From: Podarcis erhardii
Lineage: Eukaryota
Length of the DNA: 64,000 bases
Reading direction: 5' to 3' (one strand)
NCBI GenBank assembly: GCA_964252035.1
Contig: OZ176209.1
The position numbers were made by a program, and so were the translations under genes. Shown here one piece after another: positions 1 to 12,439 of the stretch. The notes beneath the pieces are model-generated. The model was not told the origin of the DNA and ran no database searches. It saw only the letters and a list, made by a program, of their open reading frames with translations. Numbering within the stretch: the stretch's first letter is position 1; every line of letters begins with the position of its first letter.

Positions 1-751
1 GATTGACTCTTTAGCAAGACTGCTTTCAGCTGAATCTTTTCTTCACTTTTTGTGTCCCCTTTCTTACTTTGGCTTTAAAGCTGATGAATAGGCAATTTGA
101 AATTTGCATACACTGAAATGCAGTGACATATACAGCGGCAGGGCCCCCTCCCTCCATGCCCTCAGAGAAAGGTAGCAGTCTCAGGCTTCATTGAAAGGCA
201 ATTTTAAATGGCTTTTAGATGTGCATATAATGAAATTATTTCAGGTATGTAAATGAGCAATACCTCTCCCCCACTGTAAGTGAAGTGTCAATCTTAGGTT
301 TGACAATGACTGAAAGTTCCAGAGTTGAACTCCAATCATCAGTATGTTTACTGGAAGTCATATCAAGTTCGATGGGACATTTCCCCTAACAGTTGTGCTT
401 AGAATTTTAGCCAAAAGGCCTATTTTCCCCCATGACCTTTTCAGCACATGGTAACCATTAGTAAAAGCTACCAGAATGCATCAGGTGCCATCCATCACCA
501 TTGCTGCATGCCATATAAGCCACAGTGAGTTTATAATGGTGTGAGAAAAGATTGATTATTTGTCTTAGAATGGCTCAAATGACCATGTGAATCATTTTTA
601 AATCATTGGGTTGGATTCTTTAGGTAAATGCATAATTGGTTATATCTCTGTGCATCCAAGTTCTGCAAAATTTTAACTTCAGTTAAGTTCAATAAGATAT
701 ATACTTGTATGCCTGTTTTGAGCATGTTTGCTGGTGAGTAATCAGAGCCCA

Positions 752-1088
752 GTGGGCGGCGCTGTGGGTTAAACCACAGAGCCTAGGATCAGAAGGTCAG
801 TGTTTCGAATCCCCGCGATGAGGTGAGCTCCCGTTGCTCGGTCCCTGCTCCTGCCAACCTAGCAGTTCGAAAGCACGTCAAAGTGCAAGTAGATAAATAG
901 GTACCGCTCCGGTGGGAAGGCAAATGGCGTTTCTGTGCGCTGCTCTGGTTCACCAGAAGCGGCTTAGTCATGCTGGCCACATGACCCGGAAGCTGTATGC
1001 CAGCTTCCTCGGCCAATAAAGCGAGATGAGCGCCGCAACCCCAGAGTCGGTCACAACTGGACCTAATGGTCAGGGGTCCCTTTACCTT
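752..1088 (+). mobile_element. Sauria SINE (Squam1-type), near full length
   Basis: tRNA-like head (ggcgctgtgggttaaacc, B-box-like gtttcgaatcc) and tail ending ggggtccctttaccttta. 13-bp TSD taatcagagccca at 739-751 and 1089-1101. Near-identical to six other copies in the window. Confidence 0.92.
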
Positions 1089-3269
1089 TAATCAGAGCCC
1101 AAACTCTAGGGTGGCTAGATGTTCTTCATTTCAGAAACATCCAGAACATCTTTTCAACTTCATCAATAATACTTTATTTTAAATGCTTTCATAACATCAC
1201 TTAAAAATTCTAAGCTGTGCTTATGACACAGGCAGATGTCTGCATGGCACGGACACCCCACTGATATTTTGCTGCAGTTAACTTCACATCAGCAAACATG
1301 AGCTTGCAGGATCTTCATTGGTGCTTGTGATCTTCAACAGACGTCTCTTTGCAATATCTAACAAACACAATGGTGATGTTTTGGGTACAGCATGTGGAAA
1401 TGTGCTGCTAACCAGCAACCCTGGTGAAGTCAAGCTTCATATAAGACAGATTTCACACACTGCTGGAAGTCCACGCAATTAATCACTTTGTAATTCAGTG
1501 ACCAAATGCACCTCATCGAGTTTCACATGTAAGAGTCTTTAAACAGAGCAGCTGGTTCATATGTAAATTCATATTTGAGGTCATTGGCAGTGTTTCCATT
1601 TCTTTCTGCTGTGATAATAAGAAGCCAGAACAGCAGTGCACTCAGACTGTGGTAGATATGAAGAATTTTTGTAGATATATTAATATTATGCATCTTCATA
1701 TACAATTATATTGCAGGTTCTATTTCTTCTTCATCATAGCTAACACCCTGTGTGGACAGATCAGATGGGTCATGTATCAGACCCTTGAGATAGCATGCAA
1801 TTGTGCATGGAGAAAGAAAGAGAAAGAGAACTAAGTTTCCAGAAAGTGTCATATATGAAGGGCTACGCACTTATTGATTAGCGTAGTGATCAGCAGCAAG
1901 CCGCCACTACTTTTGAGTGGGAATGAAACACATGCTGGCCAATGTAGATCTTATATAGTGGACTGGGAGGTCTTGCACAACAAACCCACTTCTCCAAAAG
2001 AGCAGGCTTTCTTCCATAAGGAAAGTGGTAATGGAAGTGTGGGATTACATCTACAGTGACATCTAGCCTCCCCTCAAGCAAATCAGGATGAAAGCTACAA
2101 AAACAGCTCACCAGGAAGCACTCTTATTTTTACAAAACAAAACAAAAAACCACACTCAACCCCAACCTTCGAATGCACATTCTAATAGCCCTTCCTAATA
2201 GAAGGCCAGGGGAACTCTGGCTCTCCAGATCTTGCTGAGCTTCCACAGCTACAGCCTATGCTGGCTTGGGCTGATGAGTTCAATGACGTCTGAAGGTCCA
2301 CAGGTTCCCCAACTCCACCTTATTGAATGTGAGGCCATGAAACCAACACCACCTTCCTTATCAGGTGACCTCATGAGCAAATTCTGCTCCTGGTTCCCCA
2401 TAGCCTACATGCTTAAGATGTACTGAAGGTGGTCTGTCAGAGTCACCACTTGCCAAGTCTATGTGGTCTGAGTGGATGATGCAGGCAGGACCCAAGGGAT
2501 TCCCATTTCACAAGCCAAAAAGCCTAGACAGATGGACTTGAGGGAAACCCTTTCATCTTTCCAAGTGATATCTTGGCAAACACATGGACACCTCGAATTT
2601 AATTCATTTTTTTAAAATCTGCACTGACCTGCTGCATGGATATCCATATGTCTGTGTCTCCTTCACCCTCCCCTCAAGACTACATGTTTAATTAGGGACT
2701 AAACCCACAATTAAACAATTAGGGCCATGGAAGGCCTCCAGCTGACACACTGAACTGGGCCTGAACTGGACCTAGAACTGGATGGGGAAGCACACAGCCT
2801 CAATGGACAAGAAAGGATCAAGTTTAATATTGGCACAGAAAAGGAAAGGCTGCTTTCTGTCAAGTGCAGAGCTAAATCTTTTTAGTGGTTTGTTTTAACT
2901 TGCATAGCAAACTCCCTGCACATATTGAGATGTCATTCTCCTCTTGTTGGCAAAATCTCATCGACACGTTTTGTGGATGAACTTGATTGACTTTTGCACA
3001 GATGAATAGCACACATCCAGTGACTCCGCCAGTTGGCTGTCACATCACGGTATGATGCTCTCTCTCAGACTGTCCACATCTTTCTGTATCATCTTTTCTT
3101 TACTGTCACTGCATTATGAGTTAACCTCTTAGCAAAGAAAAGTGCAGTAATTTTGGATCTTTGGAATGTCTGCTGCTGCTGCAGCCTGCACCGTCCACTG
3201 CTGATAACTGTTTAGGGAGCTCTGTCTCCTAGATTTCTGTGGAACCTGAAACTGAAGTTGTATAACAAT

Positions 3270-3503
3270 AAAAAAATTCCTTCCAGTAGCACCTTAAAGA
3301 CCAACTAAGTTAGTTCTTGGTATGAGCTTTCGTGTGCATGCACACTTCTTCAGATACATTTCTTCAGGTGTATCTGAAGAAGTGTGCATGCACACGAAAG
3401 CTCATACCAAGAACTAACTTAGTTGGTCTTTAAGGTGCTACTGGAAGGAATTTTTTTATTTTGTTTTGACTATGGCAGACCAACACGGCTACCTATCTGT
3501 AAC
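3270..3503. mobile_element. Penelope-like retroelement terminal remnant, inverted (palindromic) arrangement
   Basis: Perfect 92-bp inverted arms at 3267-3358 and 3369-3460 with a 10-nt loop. 11-bp TSD tgtataacaat at 3259-3269 and 3504-3514. Contains a hammerhead core as Penelope pseudo-LTRs do; family assignment is from recall. Confidence 0.8.
3370..3407 (+). ncRNA. Minimal type-I hammerhead ribozyme motif (mirror copy on minus strand at 3320-3357)
   Basis: gtat-CTGAAGA-a-gtgtgc/at/gcacac-GAAA-gc-TC-atac: CUGANGA and GAAA cores, 6-bp stem II, palindromic AGCU stem III, CUC cleavage triplet, and gtat/atac stem I. Confidence 0.75.
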
Positions 3504-3625
3504 TGTATAACAATGGTAACAAGAACATGACCTCCCTATTGTTGAAATAAAGAAGTCTTGGGGGAGGCAAGTGGGGTTGGGGGATTTGTGTGTGGAAGGA
3601 CTGTGAACTCAGTATAGTTCTGGTA

Positions 3626-3980
3626 AGGTAAAGATAAAGGGACCCCTGACCATTAGGTCCAGTCATGTCCGACTCTGGGGTTGTGGCGCTCATCTCGCTT
3701 TATTGGCCGAGGGAGCCGGCGTACAGCTTCCGGGTCATTTGGCCAGCATGACTAAGCTGCTTCTAGCAAACTAGAGCAGCACATCGAAACACCGTTTACC
3801 TTCCCGCCGGAGCGGTACCTATTTATCTACTTGCACTTTGATGTGCTTTCGAACTGCTAGGTTGGCAGGAGCAGGGACCAAGCAATGGGCGCTCACCCCA
3901 TCACAGGGAATCGAACAGCTGACCTTCTGATCAGCAAGTCCTAGGCTCTGTGGTTTAACCCACAGCGCCACCTGCGTCCC
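3626..3980 (-). mobile_element. Sauria SINE, full length
   Basis: Reverse complement of the 752-1088 element; TSD gttctggta at 3617-3625 and 3986-3994. Confidence 0.92.
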
Positions 3981-6180
3981 CTACTGTTCTGGTACTCAGG
4001 GAAAATTCTCATGTTCTGAATTCTTTAATTCTAAATGGATGCCTTTTGCACCAGACTCCAACTTGTGCACTTATTTTTTTTTTTAAAAAAAACCCATATA
4101 GATCCCATAAGCTTGAAGTCTGCCCTCCCCTACCTTAGAATACAGCACAGTTATTTATATTTTACACCTGTGTTTGGGTAATTTCCATGCACTTCTGGAA
4201 CACAAAATCTGTCTTTCTGGTTTTCCCCATTGCTTTCAAGCCCGTATTTTCCTACCAGATGAGATATTTTTGAGTGGTACTTAATAAAATTGCTCTCTGA
4301 GCATTTGCCTTGTACACAGCATTCCTAGAAGTGGCATTCGTTTCAACAGCAGCATACAGGAAAGTAGATTTATAAGCTTTCTTCTTGTAGGGCCCTCCTT
4401 TCAAGATGGCTCAGCGCTGATACCACAAAGAAGACATGGATCAGGGCAAGTGGTACTGACAAGTTGCTGAGATACACATTTTGTAAGCTATCCCCCCCCC
4501 CCCCCGTTTTTTATTTTTTTGGATGGTGATTGAAGGATTATGGGCAAATAGAATTTTTTTCTTTCTTGGAAAATCACTTCCTTTTCTGCAGTTGCAGAGT
4601 ATTTGAACATCGGTGGTGGAACAGAGCTACACTCCTGACAGCATCATCATTGCAGCTTAGCTGGGTGCGTCAGGATAGCGGCAATGTCAGCGCTGTGCAG
4701 ATGCATTAGTGAAACCAATTGGGCTCTTCCAGCAGGGTGTCATTGCCAATTCACACAATACAGGTCAGCTGACCACATCACATATGGCTACTGTAGATAA
4801 ACTAATCACCTGTCTGGAGCACATGACATTGGTAGAGCAGGGATGGACAAATCACTCAGTTTTGGTTTCTCTGAGTTTCTCATTTCTCCAAACTTAAATT
4901 CAGTTCACCCCATTTTTGCATCAGTTTTCAGGGCTTTAAGCATTTCAGTGTACATCTCTTGTAATATATGCATTTTCTATACAATTCAGAATGGACAACG
5001 TCTCTCAAGGTTGATTTACTGATCAATTTGCCACAATGCATAAATCTTGTATGCATGGAGCTGGCATGGCTCCCAGCTTTAAAGACAAGCATAGAACAAA
5101 GCAATTGCTATGCTTAACGGAAAGAGGTGGGAAAACCCTCTTTTCTGTCTAGTGCTTTCTAGAACAGTTTTCCAGGACCAGTCCTTTAATTAACCAGTAG
5201 CAAGTCAAATGTAAAAAGAAGAGAAATCCTTCATACTGGAGAGGAATGATCTACCCATAGCAAGTGTGGGATGCTATATATTTTAAACCAGAAGGATGCC
5301 TTTAGCATATTGCAAACAAGCTTCAGTTCGGCGCCAACAAGCACATCTGCTTTCATCAAAATGTGGCAGGTGACAAGCTAAGAGGCACATCCACAAAAGA
5401 GGAAGAAGCTAAATAGAAATGTTAGTAGCTCCTTATGCATGCCTGTGTGTGTTCATTCAGCATTATCTATGATGCACTCCTATGGCTGTGTAGCCATCAA
5501 TCTAGGCGTTCCTACACAGAATGCGTCTCGCACAGCTTCCCTGTTTTTGCCAATCTGCGACATTTTAATGGAAAGGTTTGAAGAGAGGATGAGGTGTTTC
5601 TCTTGTTTGAAACAAAACAGGGTGCCTGGTTTGAAATGGAAATGAGCCCAGCAGCTGGCAACTTCTTTGCGCTGTGCAAACTGCCGTAGAAAAGAGCTTG
5701 GCGGAAGGAACATGGTATGGGGGAGACAGCAGGGGAGCAGGGCGAAAGGCTCTCATTTGGCGTCAAAGCGAAAGCTGCTTGCGTTTGGCCTCAGGATGCT
5801 TCCTCCAGGATGCAGAGATCCAGGAATGCTCCTCCCCTCTCCCAGTACACAGTTGATAGTCCTGTTGGCTCACTTGATGGAGTCATATGGATGCATCGAG
5901 CTCTGTGGGTCACCTGCCATTGGCAGATGTTGCGCTGCCAAGTGAATTGTTTTATGAGTTGAAACAGGGTGGAGGGACAGATACCCCTGTCTTATGGGCA
6001 TGTCAGCAAATTCGACGGACCTCCCCACACCACCCCAGTACAGGCAGGTGTGGCCCAAGCTACTTTGCTGTCTGAGGTGAAGGGCAAGATGATCCTGTCC
6101 CCTCTGCCATTCCAAGCATGGAAGCTAATCCGATGGGCAACTGAATATTGCTTTAGTACTCATGGAACAGCATTCTCCAA

Positions 6181-6366
6181 GGCTGCACTCATACTATACA
6201 TTTAAAGGCCAATGATGTCACTTTAAACAGTCATGGTTTGCCCCCAAAGCATTCCGGGAAATGCAGTTTGTTAAGGGTGCTGAGTGTTGGTAGGAGACCT
6301 CTATTTCCCGTAAAGAGCTACCATTCCCTGGGAAGAGGGATTATTGTTAAACCGCTCAGGAAATTG
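6181..6366. mobile_element. Non-autonomous DNA transposon (MITE) fragment, host of the composite insertion at 6367-6773
   Basis: Starts ggctgcactcatactatacatttaaa and shares the internal 'ctgggaattgtagtttgttaag' block with copies at 7929-8297, ~10748-10938 and ~13471-13685. Superfamily uncertain. Confidence 0.55.
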
Positions 6367-6411
6367 CATACCCTCTAACATTTCTCTGGAGAAAATAGGG
6401 ACACCGAATTC

Positions 6412-6451
<40 letters not shown>

Positions 6452-6773
6452 ATAATATTTATACCCTGCCCATCTGACTGGGTTGCCTCAGCCACTCTGA
6501 GTGGCTTCCAACATAAATAAAAACATAATAAAAAATTAAACATTAATAAACGTCCCTATACAGGGCTGACTTCAGATGTCTTCTAAAGGTTGTATTGTTA
6601 CTTATCTCCTTGGTTTGGGGGGGGCTGCATAACTCCATACCCTCCAACATTTATCCAGTGAAAATATGGATGTCCTAAAGAAAAGTGGGACATTCCGGGA
6701 TCAAAGCAGAAACTGGGACAGCTTCTGCAAATCTGGGACTGTCCCTGGAAAATAGGAGCACTTGGAGGGTCTG
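6367..6773. mobile_element. Composite: hAT-like MITE with duplicated left end enclosing an inverted L2 3' fragment
   Basis: Left terminus cataccctc(t/c)aacattt occurs at 6367 and again at 6636; right TIR ttggagggtctg ends at 6773. The L2 3' tail with (GTA)n/(ATA)n lies at ~6412-6625 on the minus strand. Confidence 0.6.
6412..6452. repeat. (GTA)n microsatellite, L2 tail-derived
   Basis: Direct reading; abuts the L2 3' end. Confidence 0.9.
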
Positions 6774-7437
6774 GAATTGTAGCATTACATTGGCAATTGG
6801 GGGTGGCTGAGGCGAAGAATGAGTGGCCATGTCGTGAGTTCATAGTAGAGGCAAGATCTGAACTAGAGACTTCCTGCTTCGTAACTCAGTCTATTAGCCC
6901 TTGTGTGACAGCAGCTCGTAGGTGAAAGATCTGTCCAAATTAGAGCACTAGAATGACCACCTTTGAGTAAAGGCTGCCTGGCAACACATTTATTTGGGCA
7001 GCTGAACAATGTAATATCGCTTTCACTGCCACGGCCAACCCTTACATGAGAGGTGCCTAAGCAGGGCACAGGCAGCACCAGCGAACCATGCTCAGTGCCT
7101 TCTCCAGTTAACTGAAATTTCCGCTTTATTTCCCTGAGCCCCTTAAAGGACAAACCCAGTGCTTCATCAGGCAAAACCTCAGGTGGTGTGGCATTATTAG
7201 CCTGTCACTGTAAGTAATAGAGCCGTTTGATCACCTCCACATACCATACTTGGGATCATTTAACAACCCTAAAGAGTAAACCTCTTTACACTGATTTAGA
7301 GTTCAAATTCCCAGCATCAAATTTAACATCGAGATATCCTCAACTCTTGACCTATGCTGAAAATGTGCATACTTCTGAATGTAAAAGCATACCTTTAGAG
7401 CCAAACTGAGGCTGCAGTCCTATGGATGCTGTCCACA

Positions 7438-7628
7438 GCGCCTGCCCTGTGGAACGCCCTCCCAGCAGATGTCAAGGCAATAAACAACTATTTTACTTTT
7501 AAAAGACAACTGAAGGCTGGTTAGGGAAGTTTTTAATGTCTGATGCTGTACTGTTTTTAATATTCAGTTGGAAGCCACCCAGAGTGGCTGGGGAAACCCA
7601 GCCAGATGGGCGGAGTATAAATAAATAA

Positions 7629-7672
<44 letters not shown>
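7438..7672 (+). mobile_element. L2 LINE 3' fragment with (ATT)n tail
   Basis: Matches the end of ORF2 and the 3' UTR of the long L2 (ctgtggaacgccctccc...cccagccagatgggcgg.gtataaat); (ATT)n at ~7630-7672. Confidence 0.88.
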
Positions 7673-7928
7673 GCATGCTTACCTGGGAGTAAGTGCCATT
7701 GAACTCAGTGGGGCTTGCTCCTGAGTAATGTCCATACGGCTGCTCTGTAAATTAGTTGAGTTTAACTCCCTTTGAAATCAGTGTGAATCAAGTGCAACTA
7801 ACACTGCAATTCTATCCATATTTACCTTGGAGTAAGTCTGGCAGAATTCAGTGGGACTTATTTGTGAGTAGACACATATAGGATTGTGCTGCAACTCAGT
7901 CTGGATCCAACCCGTAGACTGCAGCTCA

Positions 7929-8297
7929 CAGCTGTGTACACACTATACATTAAAAAACCCCACAAGGAATCCTGGGAATTGTAGTTTGTTAAGAGTGCTG
8001 AGAGCTTTAGCTCTGTGAGAGGTCAACTACATTCACTGGCGGAGGAAGAGGAGTGTGGAGGGAGTGCACTGCCCCCGGCAGTGCGTTCCCCAGGGTGCCA
8101 TTGCGGCTGCCCCCCGCATGCTGGGTGCCCCGCCCCTGCAGGCAGCGTACCATGCCCCCGGGACATACGCCAGCCCCACCCCTGCCTGCTCTCCGCCCCC
8201 CCCCCCCGGTGCCGGAGCATGAAGCTCCGCCACTGACTACATTTCCCAGGATCCTTAGGGGTGAGATGTGATTTAAATGTATAGCATGTGCACAGCC
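7929..8297. mobile_element. MITE (gctgtgtacac...gtgcacagcc termini) interrupted by a hAT MITE
   Basis: Imperfect terminal inverted repeats gctgtgtacacactatacattaaa / tttaaatgtatagcatgtgcacagc. Confidence 0.65.
8034..8235. mobile_element. GC-rich hAT-type MITE
   Basis: TIR cactggcggag / ctccgccactg; perfect 8-bp TSD actacatt at 8026-8033 and 8236-8243. Confidence 0.88.
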
Positions 8298-11200
8298 TCA
8301 TCTCATTGAAGTTAAAGGGAAATCTCCCACTGATTTCAATAGTTGCAGATCACAACTAATTGGAACAATGTGCATTTCTCTATATCCATATATTAAAGCT
8401 GAAGAATAGATTTAAGACTCTTTGGGATCTAGCTTTGTCACAGAAATATAGTTATTAGACCTTGGAAAAGGATAGGCAAAACTGTAGGTTAATAAAGCTA
8501 GTAACATCCTTTGTTTTTCCGCACTTGAGTTGTTTTGAATGGGTCAGCGTGAAAGGTAAGAAAAATAAACACTATATTTCTTCCCTACATATTGAATTCT
8601 CCTGCACTTTCACCGATGCTCATTTCACCTGTAGACTTCTTCAGATAATTTACTTTCACACAGATTCTTTATTTACTGCGATGCAAAAAGAAAGAAAAGA
8701 AATGTGTAAACAGTAAATGCATCCAACATAGAGGCTGTTATCCTTGTAGGTTGTGTCTTCTCCTTGTAGTTAACATAGTGTAAGAAACAAAAGTATTAGA
8801 CTTGGGAGAAATTCATTCCAGCCTTTGGTAGCTGAGCTGGCCTCTTCTATGGTGTTCATCTTTTAGTGGGGTAGGGACGGACATTTTACGGATTGTGTAT
8901 TGTACTTGGTTTTATATGCTCTAGTTTTCATAATTGATTTTATTCTATCTCTATTTTATCTTGTTAAATTACTTTGAGACTCTTTTATGTGAGGCAACTA
9001 ATAAATGTAATGATGCTGATGCTGATAATAATAATATTTATGATACCAAAATTTAAACACTGCTCTGTAATTCCAGTAAAATGACAGCAAAAAAATGATG
9101 GCCATGAATCCCTTTGATGGCTGGAGCATCAGGCCCAGCAACATTGGCTTGAAAGGGATGGATGCCTGTGGGGAAATAAAAACTGACATTTAGATTGGAG
9201 TCTTGTTAAATGAGCACTTCACAATCAAGTTCTGTGTATTGTTTTACATGCTGCACCTCCCCTGGGGGATGAATGGAGCTATCTTTCCTTGTAATATACA
9301 CCAAGCACCAGAAAGTGGATTAGACAGAGTGCAGAACTGCAAGGCCCTTCCTTTCTTCCGTTTTTAATTCTCTTGTTTAGTTTGCAGAATTGAAAACTAT
9401 TTAAACCTTATCCAGAATGTTTAAGCTGTAGCTGTTTGATGAAGCATTTGAGGGCTTTGTAGAAAAGATTTCCATGTGAACTCAGTCGAAATAGAGCTCG
9501 CTTTTCAAGATGGAAAACACAAAGTAGCAGTATTTACTTATCTCACGCACACAAAAATAATTTCAGGATTCAAAGCTCCCAAGTCGAGATTCATTTATTT
9601 TCCTGGCCTGCACTCTTTTTTCAAAGAGTTGCCTAAGAAACTTGGGCTGCAAACTTATTCCCACTTACATTGGAGTAAGCTCCACGGAACACAATAGGAC
9701 ATGTACCTCTGAGCAGACATAATTAAGATTGTGCTGGGTTTCAGTATTCTAAAGCTATAGCAGATAGCATTGTGGGGCGGCAGCACGTACCTGATCTCCC
9801 AGCAGCTGAGTCTTTGCTGCTTACTAGGATGGTGAGTTAGTGGAAGTTGGCATAGGGCAAACACACTGGCAAAAGTGCTGGATTGGCTCCTTCAGTGCAT
9901 TTGCCCCACACCAACCTCTCTGCCAACTCATCTGCCTCCCTTGCAGCAGCTACTCAGCTGTCAGGCGGTCATAGAATCATAGAATTGTAGAGTTGCAAGG
10001 GATCCTGAGGATAATCTGGTCCAGCCTCCTGCAACCTTGGCATTGTCAGCATAACACTCTAACCAACGGAGCTGTCCAGGGTCCTGTAAGTGCCATGATA
10101 GTAAACCTATGTTGTTTGTTGGGAAACTTCACATACCCTCCATTTGCTCTTCTAAGAAGCATCTGGCTATCCACTGCTGGAAGCTGGACCCTGCAGTAGA
10201 TGAAAGCTGGGTCAGATGCAGCAGAGGTCTTCCGATGTTCTTAAGCTGCTTGAAGCTCACTGAAGCAGCTCTTGAGAAAGATTGCCATAGGGTGACAATG
10301 TAGAGAAAGCTGCCATCTGCTTGTTAAAGAACTATCTGCTCTTTCTGAGGTTATTTCTCTCCATAGGTGCAGGGTACTGTGGCTTGACTGCTGAAAAACT
10401 ATGCTAATTGCTCCACTGTCAGAAAAACATACGTGTTCGCTTTCCTTGAAATTAAACTGCCATGTAAACCGGTCTCTTGGGATCTGTGGTGTATCACTGC
10501 TGAGAGAAATGGAGGCACGGGGGAGAAAAGGAGATCACTAGATTCGGTCACTCCTCACCTGTCTGGATACAAGAAAGCGGATTAAGACTGCAATCCTATA
10601 CACACCTACACAGGGAGTAATGTGCATAGGATAGCATTGCTTTAATGAGCACTTCTGGCAAAGAGACAATGTGTTTGTATGAATGGACAGAAAGGCATGA
10701 CTTGGGGTCATACTCAACTAAGAAGCATTGAAATTAAGGAACCTAGAGGCAGAACCACACAACAAAGCACATTCAATGCACATTTAATGAACATAACTTC
10801 CTCCCAAGAATCCTGGGAACTGTAGTTTGTTGGAAGTGTACCTCTGAGAGTGGGAGCTAGAATTCTGAGGCTTCTCTGTGGGAAGTCATATACTTTAAAT
10901 GTGCATTGAATGCTTTAAATGCATGGTGTGGATTTGTTCTTTTACATTAATTTCAGCGGGTCTAATCTGAGTATAATTAGCAATAGATATGACCCTTGAG
11001 TTTTACTGGATTCTTTGCAGCTAAAACCGAAATGCATCTTAACTGTGGCAATCACTTGCTACCCACAAAAGTAGTAGTTTGCAAATCTTAGTGAATGCAT
11101 GAAAGGAAGAGTTAAGACCTACTCAGTGCATCCAGCCACAGAGTATATAGATATACAGAGCCAAGCACATCATGAAGTTTCATTGCTCAGCCTATAAATG

Positions 11201-11481
11201 TGTCTGCCTTTCATTCTGATTCCAGCTGCTTTTGACCCTGTAAGTCATAGCTTTGAGCTAGGTGCCACCAGGTGAAGGCTTCTTAGCTGGAATTGAAACA
11301 ATAGGGGCCTTAGCTACTAAAAAGAGAACACTTTTTTTTTTTTTTACCACAGCATGTATGTACCTAATCTTCACTCACAAAGGTTGGTAAAAGCATTTTT
11401 CAGTAGTCACTGCCACAAAACAAAACCTAGAGACATTTGGAGGCTCATATTGTACTTGGTTTACCAAACCATGCCAGTGAG

Positions 11482-11713
11482 AGTAGATAAATAGGTACTG
11501 CTGTGGCAGGAAGGTAAACAGCATTTCCGTGCGCTCTGGTTTTTGTCACGGTGCTCCGTTGCACCAGAAGCAGTTTAGTCGTGCTGGCCACGTGACCCAG
11601 AAAGCTGTCTGTGGACGAACAGTGGCTCCCTCAGCCTGAAAGCAAGATGAGCACCGCAATCCCATAGTTGCCTTTGACTGGACTTATCTGGGGATCCTTT
11701 AGCTTTTACCTTT
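11482..11713 (+). mobile_element. Sauria SINE, 5'-truncated, divergent subfamily
   Basis: Homologous to the SINE 3' half, but with an extra tctggtttttgtcacggtgctccgttg segment and the gctgtctgtggac variant. Confidence 0.8.
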
Positions 11714-12439
11714 GCCTCATAATGTACTTGGATTTCTCAACATTCAAGGAATTCTGAGTTAAGCGGAAAAACAAACAAAAACAAACCATTGTTGATCAGC
11801 TCGTGGAATTTTGTTCAGCCATGCCCTTACTTTTATCCAACACTGCTTCTTTGGGAATTTCTATACCCTTTTTTTCACAGTACAGTCACCATTCATGCCT
11901 CCTGGCAAGACTGTGGAAGGAAACTCTAGCAAGGATCACCCTTGAGGACTTCTCAAAAGCTTCATTTTGTGAAAAGAATGACAGTCCTACCTCCTGATGG
12001 AGATGGAGTGCCAATGGCACATTATATAAACCCCAATTAATTTTCTGTGGTACATTTATCTCACCTTTTCTTCCAGGAACTCAAGGTGAATGTATTGCTC
12101 ACCCATTCCCCATTGTATTCTCACAACCCTGTGATACCTCACAGGTTGGGTTGGAGAGAACAGGGTGAGTTTCATGGCTGTGTAGTGATTTGAATATGGA
12201 TGTCCAGTTTCCTAATCTCACATTCTAACCAACATACATATGCAATAACATGCAGGCTTGTGAGTTGATGGATTAGTGACATTAGTTGTGGATTAGTGAC
12301 ATAATGCCTATTTGACTTGGTTTGTTTCTGTTATATGTTTCTTGTAGATATAAACAAATAAAGGGGAAATATATTCTTCTCCTCCTCCTCCCACAAAAAG
12401 CACCTGGACATATTGTCTGCAATTTGGCAAGCCTAATCT

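Noticed and set aside
789-1016. Recurring peptide MAEGAGVQLPGHVASMTKPLLANQSSA... (also ORFs at 36431, 45511, 49498, 12282)
   Set aside because: These are antisense translations of Sauria SINE copies, not a gene family.
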